Below are positions 12,911-25,328 of a DNA stretch of 64,000 nucleotides, in pieces. Each line of letters begins with the position of its first letter. The first letter of the stretch is position 1. The stretch lies in assembly GCA_977017645.1 (NCBI GenBank), contig OZ360239.1, positions 44,702,001 through 44,766,000 of the forward strand, read 5' to 3'. The position numbers were made by a program, and so were the translations under genes. The notes under the pieces are model-generated. The model was not told the DNA's origin. It saw only the letters and a program-made list of their open reading frames with translations, and ran no database searches. The stretch is from Torpedo marmorata (Eukaryota).

Positions 12911-15889
12911 TTCTTATTTCAATACCATCGTCTTGTCAATGAAAACATCATTTCCATTTTCCTTCCTTTTCTCTGAAATTTATGCAGGATATCAAACAAA
13001 AAGTAGATCTATCTTCCACTTCTCACATTATAATGACAAACAGCACTTTTCCACTCAATGCTAAGTTGAGACCAGTTTCTCTCCACGTCAGATACAATAA
13101 TACAGATTGAAAATTGAGCTTCACTAATTTAGTCAGTAATTCCATTGGTCATTTATTTGAGCTCTAATCTATTTCACACAGCTGCAACAAGATCATCACT
13201 CGCTATCTTCCCATGGCTTGCCCTGGGAATGGTGCCAAATTGCGCCTTTAATGGCAAATGAGATTGTGGTTCCAAATCACAAATGCTGGATTTGATATAC
13301 TTAGATCCAGTTCTCCAACAACAGTCCTTAATAATTAAAGGTAATGATCTATTTTAAGTTTGACTATTTTATTAATTTTCTGTGTATCATAGAGCATGCG
13401 TTTACATTGTACTTTCTGTTTCAAATGACAGGTTAAATAAAACCCTGAAGAGCATTCTATGTTTTTCTCTTTGTCCAAAATATCAATTGTAATTGACTTC
13501 TAGATTATGGATCAAGTGTTTCTTCTCCATTCAACATGATGCTATTAATGAACTCAAGACAAGATAAGTCAAAGAAGACCTAATATGGTCAAATTTAATA
13601 AATTATTTCTAGTCCTGTGCCCACATGGAGGCCATTGGATAATCTGTGTTTCCATCAGTTTTACCCTTGAGCAGAAATTTTCTCACCAGAACCACGGCGA
13701 ACTGGCACAGCTCTGCAAAAACATATTGTAGGCAGGTTGGAAATTCTCCAGAGGAATCCGAAGTGCTAACCATTTGATCTGTTAGCAAAAAGTAATTAGC
13801 AATTTTTACAAAAAGCAATAAAAAATAACACATTTGTCCCACCTTCTTAATAAGTTTTTCCAGTTCATTTATATTCGCAAAACTCTAAAAATCCTAGAAC
13901 TCTGCAAAATTTAGACGAAAATTGATTAGTACTTACTGCAGTCATTTATTTAAGCATTTTAAAATCACATTTTATGCTTAGAACAGAGATTATATTGTGT
14001 AAGTAAGATAGGAGATTATCAGGTGGTCTAAACTCAAATATTGTGAAGGTCACAGGGGTCATGCCCATCCACCAAAATAAGAGATAATTTTGTCTTTTTA
14101 ACTCAATTCCCTTCAGGAAAGAGCTAATTAATGAGTCATTTTTCAATCAAGAAAAATCTCTGCTTTTGATGAATGGGGTTTGAGATTTGATTAAATATTT
14201 GGGACAGAAGGCGAATAAAATCTGTATTTCCTTAATTCACTTCTAATTCAGCTATCAGATACTTTTTTTCTTCATAATGAATCACTGTTATATTATTTTA
14301 ACCTTGGAAAATTAGTATAAATTAATCATACCAAAAACAGTTTTGCCATAATATTACACAGTTTACAAAGTTGTTCTGGAAGATTTTAAATTGACTATGC
14401 AATCAAACACAGTAGCAGTGTCTGTGTCAAAGTGCAAGTCAATATCTTAGTTAGAAGTTGTCTAATAGAAATGAATAACAGCAGCTGAAGCTAAGGGAAA
14501 CACACTTGAAGCAGAGGATCTGGCTTGTGTTCCAAGCAATTAAAGTCTGGTGAATCAATGGGGAGAAAGCAAGGCAAGATTTTATTTAGTGTGGTCATGG
14601 CTCATAAAGTCAACCTGTTGAAGGGCAGAGAAATGGAGATACTTGGGGTAGTAGGCAATAAAAGCCCATTTTATTTTGTCTGGATTCCTTCAGATGGAGG
14701 AAGAACTGAAGCTGGAGAGTTACAGAAGTGACCCCCACTAGTCCTAACATTTAGAGCAGATAATGTTCAATTCCCTGCAGCGTCTACATCTGATAACCCA
14801 ATTATCCCCAATCTATTTTTCACAGCCTTTTTGCAGCTCTCTGCTTACAAACAAATGCATTAGTTTTTGCAGAATGGTGGTCTCAATTATTCTGACTATT
14901 CTTAACATTGCTATCATTTGGCAAAACAAAAGAGTACTGAACATTAAATAAATCATTTTCAGCATACCTACTGCCTACTTAACCAATGCATGCTTATAGT
15001 AAAATTCTACTCCCGCTTCACTACTATTTAAAATATCTAAGATATTTGTAATATGAATATCTTGAAACAGAAAAGCTTGTTCCACTTATTTTTAAGTTTC
15101 TAATTAAGGGGCCATTTATAGCCATTATGTTATGTGAGACGAACAGTGGTTAGGAATTTCTAATTCAGACTTGTTGATAGCTATCAAATCCCAAGCAGAT
15201 AATTACATTTACATTATACACTTAGCCATCCAATCATAAAGCATCAGGGGTTTAATCTGAACAGGAAGGATGCTGGAGAAAATGGACAACAGCCTGAGTA
15301 CATCACCTTCCAGGGGTCCTGCGAGTTAATAGTGGAAATTAATCCATCACATAAAAATAGGGAACAGAAGGTGAGCAGAAAGAAACAACTAATAAAGCAA
15401 AGTTTAACTTCCTGGCTCATAGGTTCAGCCACAGTTCTCTAAACAGACTATGCCCCTCAAAACTACAAATCAAAATCACATCAAACTTGTTGATCCATAG
15501 TTGATCTTCCTACTATTTCATAACTGCCATGAAATAATGCTGCATTTATGTTTCAAGTTGGATTTGCTCTGGTCTGGCAGAACTGTAGTATCAAAATCAA
15601 GCCATACATGCATTCAAGGTAGATGAGTGCAGTGATATGTCATCATGCCAGTGATTCACATCAATTCCTTTCTGTAGGTAGTGCATTTTAAAATCTTGAA
15701 ATTGGATCACAGGGCTCCCTTAGCCATTACAGAAACACACAAAATATTTCTGATATACACAAACAGAGTTATATATATTGTATACATACCGGTATATAAT
15801 CTATTAATGCATTTATTTTAGCCATGTTTACCCATTTTCCTTGAAGTAGTAACTTATCCTAGGATGTTGTTCCATCAACTTGTATCTGA

Positions 15890-16190
15890 TGGAAATAAGC
15901 CCTTTGGCCTCTGTCATTGCCAACCATCAGCCACCCATTTACACTAACCCCAGTTTTATTCCCCCCACATTCTTATCAATGCCCAGGAGACTATATCATT
16001 GATAAACACACTTGGGCCAATTTACAGTGGCCAATTAACCTACCACCCACACATCTTTGGAACGTGGGAGGAAACCAAAGCACCGAGAATAAATCCACAT
16101 GGTCATAAGGAAAACAGGCAAACTCCACACAGAAAGCACCCTCCAATGCTGTGAGTCAGCTGTTCTACCAGCTGTGCCACTAGGCCACCC
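15890..16190 (-). mobile_element. Older V-SINE/HE1-like SINE
   Basis: caatttacagtggccaattaacctacc...gtgggaggaaacc...caaactccacacaga core. Confidence 0.75.
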
Positions 16191-16940
16191 TCTGGTACTT
16201 ACTGAATCAAGCTTAATGTTTGAACATAGACAGGGAATGTCAAGAGATTATTTCACTGTGGGATGCCAGAGTCAGGTTCAATTCTATCATCTTCTAGTAA
16301 TGAATTTTGAACATTTTCCAACACTGGAACTGGAAAGGGAGAAGGAGCTGTGAATCAATGATTTCTTTGCTATCCCACTGGTACGGAGGTAAATTGTTGT
16401 GTTCCTGATTAAGGTCACATACCAAGAATTCACTCAGGGACATATTCAATATGGAACATGGATTTCTCATTAACCATCAGTTTTACTTGATATTAATGTA
16501 ATTATGATGTAATTTGCAAATAACAAAAAGGTTTTGCTGCTGCATTTGTCACTCTCTCCCAGAAAAAAAAATCATGCTGACATAATCATTCTCTGACATT
16601 ATCAATGTTATTTTTGGAATATTGGGAGTTTCCCTGTTTTTCAGTAACAACTGCCTCATTTATACATACTGATTGAACAGTTTTGAACCCATTTCATTTG
16701 GACACAGTTATACTGATGTGCATTTGTATCTAGAGACCAACAATCCCAGACTTACACCAGCATTGTATCTTTAGGTGACTCACCAGATCACCTGAGGTTA
16801 GGGAGAGGTCTTTCTTGGTAGGTTCCCATCCTATTAGAGTACATTAAGAAAGACTGCATGTTATATGAGGGAGGATATGATAGGATATGATTGTGGCATA
16901 AGCAGCCTTCAACCTTTCTAAAAAAATAACTTTTTTTATT

Positions 16941-17982
16941 CCTCTTTCTTTTGTGCCACATTTATTAAACTAATCAATCTAGCAATATTACCCTTTGAAT
17001 ATCTATTCTTAATAAAACCTACTTGATCTGCAAGAATTAAATCTGGTAAATATTTTGCCACTCTATTTGCTAAAATTTTCACCATTATCTTATAATCCAC
17101 ATTTAACAATGAAATTGGTCTATATGATTCTGTTTTCAACAAATCTCTATCTTTTTTAGGTATAACTGTTATTATTGCATTTGAAAATGTTTCCGGTAGA
17201 GAATGAGATTCCATTATTTGTTTTAACACCTCCATATATGGAGGTATCAATAAATCCTTAAATTCCTTATAAAATTCTGATGGGAAACCATCCTCCCCTG
17301 GAGACTTTCCACTTGTTAAAGAACTAAGAGCATCATTAACTTCTCTCATCGTAAATGATGCATCTAAATTTTTTTTACTTTGGGTATTTAATCTAGGTAA
17401 CTTAATTTTAGATAAAAATTCATTAATTTTAGAATCATCTTTATCGGTTTGAGATTTATATAAATTTAAATAAAATTCCTTAAATGAATCATTTATTTCT
17501 CGAGGTTTATATGTTATTTTCTTTGAATTCTTTTTTATAGCACTTATAGTTCTAGAAATTTGTTCTTTCTTTAATTGCCACGCTAACACTTTATGAGCTC
17601 TTTCTCCCAGTTCATAATATCTTTGCTTAGTTCTTTCAATTAATTTTTCCATTTTATATTTTGCAACGTATTATAATGCAATTTTTTTCAATTAAATTTT
17701 TTCTCTTTTCTTCTGTTCCCTTTTCTTGCAAATGTTTCTCCAAAAACTCAATTCCTGAATATATTCCTTCTTAACTTTTGCTGAATAACTAATTATTTGA
17801 CCTCTTAAATAAGCCTTTAAAGCGTCCCAAATAATAAATTTATTATTAGTCGAATTAGAATTAATCTGTAAAAATTCTTGAATTTCTCTTATATAATTAC
17901 AAAAATCCATTCTTTTCAATAAATAAGAATTAAATCTCCATCTATATATCATTTTTTATTTTTCTGGAATTATACATGACAT
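16941..17982 (-). mobile_element. L1/Tx1-clade LINE ORF2 fragment (post-endonuclease linker to RT N-terminus)
   Basis: ORFs 17692..17952 (WRFNS...WDALKAYLRGQII) and 16936..17652 (KSPGEDGFPSEFYK, YRPISLLNVDYKI, DQVGFIKNR). Confidence 0.93.
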
Positions 17983-18281
17983 ACATCCATGATCAAATTA
18001 ACAGAGATCTGGAAAATGCTGGATTGGGATGAAGAAACGATAGCAAATGTTATGTAAAATCTGTTTGGGGGGGTGGACTTTTTGTCTTCTCTATACCTAA
18101 CCACAAGTCACCTTAGTGGTGAGGGCCACTTCCCGTACAGTAGAGGGTGGTAGTACTGATATAAATATACCAGTATTATTTTATATTCTTTTCTCTTTTT
18201 TTTTCTCTTTTTTAAATATAGTGGGATTTTTTACTTTTTTTATTTCTTCTTTTTCTAAGGAGATGTCAAACATATTACAAA

Positions 18282-18876
18282 AGTAAAACACGAAAATCTG
18301 TAGACACCGTGGTTGAAGTAAAAAACACAAATGCTGGAGAAACTCAGCAGGTCAAACAGTGTCTTTTATGTAGCAAAGGTAGAAATACATAACCGACGTT
18401 TCGGGCTTGAGCCCTTCATCAAAGTATGAGAAAATGCCGGCAGGCGTCTGACCAAAAGAGTGAGGGGGGAAGGGGGGGGTGGCAAAGGCAGGAGATGATA
18501 GGTGGAAAAAGGAGGGAGGGGACAGCAGCAAAGAGGGGGAGGAGGGATGGCTGGGTGGGTGGAAAAAAACAGGAAGGACAGGTGAGGGGGGAGGGGAAGG
18601 AAACGACAAGCAGGTTTAGTGGAAAGCAGAAAAGTCAATGTTAATGCCATCTGGCTGGATAGTGCCCAGACGGAAAATGAGATGTTGTTCCTCCAACTTG
18701 CGGGTAGTCTGGGTGGGATAGTACATAAGGCCATGGACAGACATGTGAGTGTGGGAGTGTGACCCGGAATTGAAATGGTTGGCTACTGGGAGGTCGCTGT
18801 TGTTGTGGACGGAGAGGAGGTGCTCAGCAAAGCGACCTCCCAATCTATGACCGGTCTCTCCGATGTAGAGAAAGCC
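18282..18876 (-). mobile_element. Penelope-like retroelement 3' fragment (GIY-YIG endonuclease C-part plus pseudo-LTR), nested in the L1
   Basis: Minus translation LYIGETG.RLGGRFAEHL...PVANHFN...KLEEQHLIFRLGTIQPDGIN; flanked by a 12-bp direct repeat acatattacaaa (18270-18281 and 18877-18888). Confidence 0.9.
18388..18429 (-). ncRNA. Minimal hammerhead ribozyme motif in the Penelope pseudo-LTR
   Basis: Minus strand: CATACT-TTGATGA-A-GGGC-TCAA-GCCC-GAAA-C-GTC-GGTTATG, i.e. the core boxes around a 4-bp stem II, with C3U. Minimal hammerheads are established features of Penelope-like elements. Confidence 0.65.
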
Positions 18877-20177
18877 ACATATTACAAATGTGGAAGGGGG
18901 AACCAGTTGGTCAGATGGAGAGAGACTTATTAAATATTAGAAATGGTGGATAGTAAATCAATAAATGTAGTTAGTATCAATATAAATGAACTAAAAAATC
19001 CGAATAAAAGGAAGAAAACTTTAGCATATATTAAAAAATTAAAAGTTGATATAGCTTTTTTTTTTACAAGAGACACATTTGACAGAAATAGAACATCAGA
19101 AGTTGAAAAGAGAATGGGTTGGTCAAGTGGTAGCGTCTTCATTAAATTCTAAAGCCAAAGGAGTTGCTATATTAATTAATAAAAAGTTACCTTTTAAAAT
19201 GCAATCTGTGGTTATAGATGTTGCAGGAAGATTTGTCTTAATAAATTGTCAAATATATTCAGAAATGTGGACACTTATGAATATATATATGTGACAAATA
19301 TGGAAGATGAACAATTTATTCAAGATTCTTTTATGCACTTGTCAGAAGCAAATGATAATAATTTAATTGGTGGAGATTTTAATTGTTGTTTAGATCCAAT
19401 AATGGATAAATCACCGCAATCAATTATCAGAACTAAAACTGCTAAAATAATTCTTACTTTGATGAAGGATTTGAATTTAATAAATATTTGGAGGAAGTTG
19501 AATCCAAAAGAAAAAGACTATTCCTTTTATTCTTTTAGACATGATTCTTATTCTTGAATACACGTTTTTATTGTCATCACAATTAGAAGAGAGGGTGACT
19601 CAAGCGCAATATAAAGCGAGAATAATTTCTGATCATTCACCTCTTTTAATAACTTTTTTATTGATTAAGGTCTCCATTACAGTTGTGACCCCTCCAAGTT
19701 GACACACAAATGCCTCTGTGAGACATTTATTAGGTATTCCTGCAGTGAGTCAACACCACATTTCTACTTCCACTTTGGCTGTTGTATGTGGGTAAAAGCA
19801 TCACACCCACCATCCAAATTACTACTTGACCTTATTGACATAGTTTTATGAGTAATGGACCACGCTGCCCACCAATAATGTCTGGTCTTGTGCATATTGT
19901 GTGCATGAGCTACCTTGCAGAAGTCATTCAATCCTCACTTGCAAGCTCTGAACAATGCAGGGTTGCACATATAAGATATATAGATAAAAGATGGCCAGAA
20001 CAATCCCTCTCCCAGAAATGCTGAAAAAAATTATAGGTAGCTTAGCCACGCACTTCCAACTATACGGGGAAGGGTAAATCTGATAGAAGCTTCAAATGTT
20101 AATGAATATCTTGTTAAAAATTCATCAAGAATGAAAAAAAATAATGTTTGTTACATGTTATAAACCAAAATTGCAGT

Positions 20178-20480
20178 AGAGTGGCATGGCTAATACAACT
20201 GCCACCTCAGCTTCAACATAAAAGGTTCAATCCTGAACTCCAATGCAAAGCTCAGGGACTGCATGGGTTTCCTCCAGGTGCTCTGGTTTCCTCCCATATC
20301 CCAAACATATGTGGGCTGGTAGGTAAACTTGCCACTGTGCATTGCTCCTAGGTGTATAGTATAATCTGGGGGAGTTGATGGGAAAGTGAAGTGAATAAAA
20401 TGAAGATGATAGTAAACGGGTGCTCGGCAATCAGCAGGGACTTGATGGGCCAAAGGGCCTCTTTCCATGCTGTATGGTTT
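20178..20480 (+). mobile_element. Older V-SINE/HE1-like SINE
   Basis: ggttcaatcctg B-box, gggtttcctccaggtgctctggtttcctccca core, gatgggccaaagggcctctttccatgctgta tail. Confidence 0.78.
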
Positions 20481-23400
20481 TATATGAAAAAATTGATACA
20501 CTTAAAACACTTCGGAACACATAACAAGCAAAATGGATCCAACCAAACAATGTTAATAAACACCCCAATCCCTTGGAGATATTCCTATCTTCTCCAGCTG
20601 AAAACATGGTATGTTGTTAGCACAAGTGCCTTCTGGGTGCAGTGACCACAAAATGTGGACAGGGTGCCACCATTCTCATTCTTAAATATTTTTAAAAATT
20701 TGTTTTTATAATTTAATTGTCTTTATAGGTTTAAAATGGAGGAATATGAAATGGTAAACAAGTCGGCTTTAGTCTCCTAGGTAATTGGATCATCAGCAAG
20801 AACTGGTTAATTGAAGTCAGGTGACTCAAATGTGCTGATACCTGGGAAACTAAATCTCTGGGGCCAATGTAAAACAGCATGTTTTTAGCATAGTATTCTC
20901 TCAATGTAGTGTCCATAGAGTGAGGACTCTAGTGAGAAAGGAACTTTGATGAGGTCATGGTGACAGTGAAAAGAATTATTAAATTACATAATTACTTTCA
21001 GACAAGCATGACAGGACTGCAGAATATGGGAGTTAATAAAAATCATCGTGACCCTTAGCGACCACCTATCCAGTAAGTGTCTGCAGCTCAAAGTGAATTG
21101 GCTGACTTTTGAGTTTCAACAATTGTAATGCATCAAGGAGGGGGAAGGTGCCTGAATACTATTTCAAGTGGCAGTCACACCTCTCAGTTTAAATGCCATG
21201 TAATTGGTCAGTCAAGAGGACAGGATGATGTGACTACAAGAGGCACATATGAAACTCTAGACAGTAGCAAAGCATTTGTCGAAGAAGCATTTGTCTGAGA
21301 AGTATGAGGTTCTTGCAGCATGTAAGGATGGCAACATAGACTATCGAGTGGATGAGCAAACTAAACACAATCCCATTATAAAAGGAGCCTTTTACGTTGG
21401 GGAAAAGGAAAAAGAACATGGCAATAACAGAGTACAGGCTCATGGGATTTTGGGGGGAGGTGGTAATGGTTCTCTGTAACTGCATTACTGAAGTGTAAAT
21501 CTCTTCAGAGTTGTAATGAAATGAGGAGTGGGAGGGAAAGATCTAAATGTTATGGTCCATGTGAAAACCAATTACCTAGACAGGAAAATAGAAGGTTCTG
21601 GTGAAGGGATGTGAGATCTAAGATCCAAATGAACAAAGTCTTTGGATTACCACTTTAGCTATGTGCAAAATGACAGAAGGTAATTAATATCGAATAATTG
21701 AATTTGTAACCCGAAGATAGGTTGAGAGAAATAGGTTTTAATTTGTGGAACAATGGCACTAGAACAAGAAGAGGGAGCTATATTTTGATGGGGGAGCGTT
21801 CACTAGAATCACTGGGGCCAGCCTCCCAAAGAATTAACTAGCAGTCTAGATAAGGCATTAAACTAAATTGTGTGTCTCTATATGGTAGGGAGAGGCATGC
21901 GTAGCAGGATGAAGGTTCTGGGAAGGAGGGTAAGTTTAGAAAGTTAAAGAGGAAGGACGCAGTGAAATGCAGGACAGCAAAATCGGTAACAGTACTGTAG
22001 TTGTCAGGAAAGGTCAGTGTTTCTGAACAAAAGAATACACCCCCAATTAGAGTCAAAGCAGAGAAGAATGGCAAAAAATATAAAGCTGAAGTTTCTTTAA
22101 CTGAATGCAGACAGCTTTTGTAACAAGATAAGTGAATTAATGGTGCAAATAGAAATAAATGTGTATGATCTAAAAGCCATTAGAGATGTCGTTGCAAAGT
22201 GAGCAAAGCTGGGAATTAAATATTCCAGGAAATTAACTGTTAGGAGGAAGAGACATAATGGAATATGTGGTGGGGATCTCTAATAATAAAGAATGAGGTA
22301 AAGGCAGTGGAGAGGGAATGATAATAGCTTTAGTTCTGGTGCATCTAAAAAAAATTACAAGGAGCAAAAATAGAAACATATACTGGCCTCCAAACCGTGG
22401 TAGTAATGCAGGCCATAGTATAAATCAAGAAATTAAAGGTGCTTATAACAAGGAGAACATCACAATCCTGGAAGACTTTAAATCCACAATAAAACCGGAG
22501 AATCCAAATGCAGTTATACAGGATGAATTCATGGAGAGTACTTCAGATCAAAATGTTAAGGAACCAATGAGGGAAAAGGAAATATTAGATCTACTACTGT
22601 GTAATAAGAAAGGGTTAATTCATGATCTGGTACTAAAGGGGCCTTTCGGGTTCAATAATCGCAATATGATCGTTTAATGTAAAAATTTACAGTGATTTAG
22701 TTAAAACTGAAACTAGGACCTTAAATCTGAATAAAGTAACTGCTGAGGCATGAGGCTTGAGTTGGCTATGATAGAATGTTTAACTATGTTAATAGGTATG
22801 TCTGTAAAAAGCTATAGCTAATAATTAAAGAATTAGTACATTGTTTACAAATAAAATATTATCCCTGTTAAGATTAAAAACAAAGAAAAACAGAAAAGTG
22901 ATCTAGCCAGTGGCTAACTGGGAAAGGCATATAAAATTGCTAAAAAAAACAGTGAACATGAGCATTAGGAAAAGTTCAGAATTCAGCAAAGGAGGGACCA
23001 GAGCACCGATTAGGGAATTGGACATTTCCAAGAAACACAGGTCAGTAAGAGCTTCCATGTAGATGTATGGGAGAAATTATATCAGAGAATAAAGAAAAGA
23101 CAAAGAATTAAACAAATATTTGTGCTCATTTTCTGTGAAGAAGACACAGAAAATATCAGATACAGTATACCACAGAGCTTCTGGAATGAATAAAGAGCTA
23201 AAAAAAATTAGTATCAGTAAACTTTAGCACTGGACAAAATAGTGGGATTGAAAGGGACCTGGTAATGTTCATCCTTGAGTTTTTGATTGGCAGTGACTAT
23301 GAAGATAATGGAGGTGCTGATTGTCATCTTCCAAAATTCCATTGACCTATTTCCACACATTGGAAGTTAGACAAAGTCTAACAAAGGTTTCAGGAAAGGA

Positions 23401-23932
23401 TATTGAGAGAAAACAAGGGAACAATAAACCAGCCAGCCTTACATCAGTAGTAGAGAAAATGCTAAAATACATTGTTAAGGAAGTGATAACAAGGCACTTG
23501 GAAAATATTGATGGGATTGGGCAGAATCAACATGGATTTATGAAAGGAAATTATGTATGACAAATCCATTATAGCTTTTTGAGGTTGTAATTAGATATCT
23601 CGATCAGGGCAATATGTGATGTATTTGGATTTTCACTGGGCCTTTAATAAGCTGTCACTCGACTGATTATTAAACAAAATTAGAATGCATGGTATCAAAG
23701 GTCATATCCTGCAACAGGCTGAGAATCAGTTAATGGACAGAAAGAGAGAATAGGAATAAATTAATATTTTTTGAGATGGGTTAGTTCTATTGGAGTGCTT
23801 ACAAGGATAGATGCTGGGGCCCTAGCTGTTCACGAACTATTTCAATGATTTAGATAAAAGGATCAAGAGTAATATATCTAAGTTACTCATGATACAAAGC
23901 GATGATGCAGGGAAGCTTCTAGTGCTATAGAC

Positions 23933-24158
23933 CAGCAATTCTCAATGGGTGCCCTACGGGGGCCACAGCACATTAAAATAAAAGCCATGTTTTCTTTTCA
24001 CCTCACGTAACATAAATATTTTTAATATTATTTTTATGTGGTCTGTAGGAAGAAACCAAAACTTGACTGCTTCACAGGGAAGAGGACTCATAAACTTTGA
24101 GCAGAGTCCGGTGGGGGGGGGGGGGGGCCATAGCCAAAAAAAAGGTGGAGATTGGCTG
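23933..24158. mobile_element. hAT-like MITE nested in the CR1 RT region
   Basis: Imperfect TIRs cagcaattctcaa / tggagattggctg (10 of 13 match); interrupts the CR1 sequence; TSD degraded. Confidence 0.6.
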
Positions 24159-24531
24159 CTTAGGCAATTTAAGTGAATGGACAATGGCATGGCACATAGA
24201 ATATGATGTGGAAGAATGGAAGGCCATCCATTTTAGCAGAAGAAATAGAAAAGTGAGGAATTTTAAAAATAATGATCGAAAGGTTTAGAGGATCCTTGTA
24301 TTAATTGTACATTAATTGCCAGATTAACATGAAAACAGCAAGAAATTAGGAAGATAAATATTTAATGGCCTATATTGCCAAAGGATTTGAGCACAAAAAT
24401 AAAGATGTCTTGCTCCAATTGTATGGGGGCCTGCCAAAACGACATCTGAAATATTGTATCGAGGTCTGGTCTCCCTACCCAAGGAAGCAAATACAGTTAA
24501 GTGTGGGAGCGCAACAAAGGTTCACCAGATT

Positions 24532-25328
24532 AGCCCCTTTCACACCGCCAACCCTCCTAGGAAGTGGGTAAACTTACTGGGCATGCAGTAGCCGGTAAGC
24601 CTTTCACACTGGAGCCTAAATTACCTGGTAAATGCGTAACTCGCGAATCTAAGGGGGGCCCAACCTCCAGCCATAACGTCACGAGTGACGTGTTACGTAC
24701 TCGTAGGGCAGTGAAATCGTAGCGGGAATAAAGCACATATGCGCTCAATGTATAAACGACTGTGGGAAAATCTACCGCAGTGGGTTTCAGACTGTTCAAA
24801 CTTAGGACAAACCCACAGACCAGCTTGTCATTATTCCCTAAACAATAGAGTATAACAACTATTTACATAGCATTACATTGTATTAGGTATTATAAGTAAT
24901 CTTGAGATGATTTAAAGCACAGGTACGCGCTGACAGCTCCACCGGCCGCGCTCTGATAGCTCCACCGGCCGCCCTGTGAAATATTACTGTGCAGTTATAT
25001 TTCACAGGACAGCCGGTGGAGCTGTCAGTGCGTACCTGTGCTTCAAATCATCTCAAGATTACTTATAATACTACCAGACTGACGGACGCACGCAGGAACT
25101 AACGTCACTAATGGTACCTGGTAGAGCAGGTTGCGCATTCACACCGCCAGAGAGTGATTAACGAGTTAACTCGGCCGGGCTCTGACTCTTCCCCCCACCA
25201 AGAGTCAGAGCCTGGTTGATTTTTACTCGCCCTGCCCGGTTGGGACCTTTCCCACCGCGCGATTACCCGGTACGGACCCGCTACATTGGCCGGTTCAACC
25301 CACTTTATTTGGCGGTGTGAAAGGGGCT
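24532..25328. mobile_element. Non-autonomous PIF/Harbinger-type DNA transposon (797 bp)
   Basis: Perfect 20-bp TIRs agcccctttcacaccgccaa / ttggcggtgtgaaaggggct; 3-bp TSD ATT (24529-24531, 25329-25331); removing it restores CR1 ttcaccagATTgattcctgg. Confidence 0.9.

Larger units (their letters stand above)
17983..19647 (+). mobile_element. Inverted 5' part of the same L1-like element (upstream/inter-ORF region plus ORF2 APE endonuclease)
   Basis: ORFs 18943..19152, 19079..19294 and 19246..19557 (SININ, GVAILINK, GRFVLI, GGDFNC), ending in IISDHSPL near 19645; frameshifted. Confidence 0.9.

Noticed and set aside
16936-17652. Host gene encoding a 238-aa protein
   Set aside because: It is an L1 ORF2 fragment truncated within the RT.
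18455-18600. G-rich purine tract suggesting a G-quadruplex or Pro-rich ORF
   Set aside because: Low-complexity 3' region of the Penelope element.
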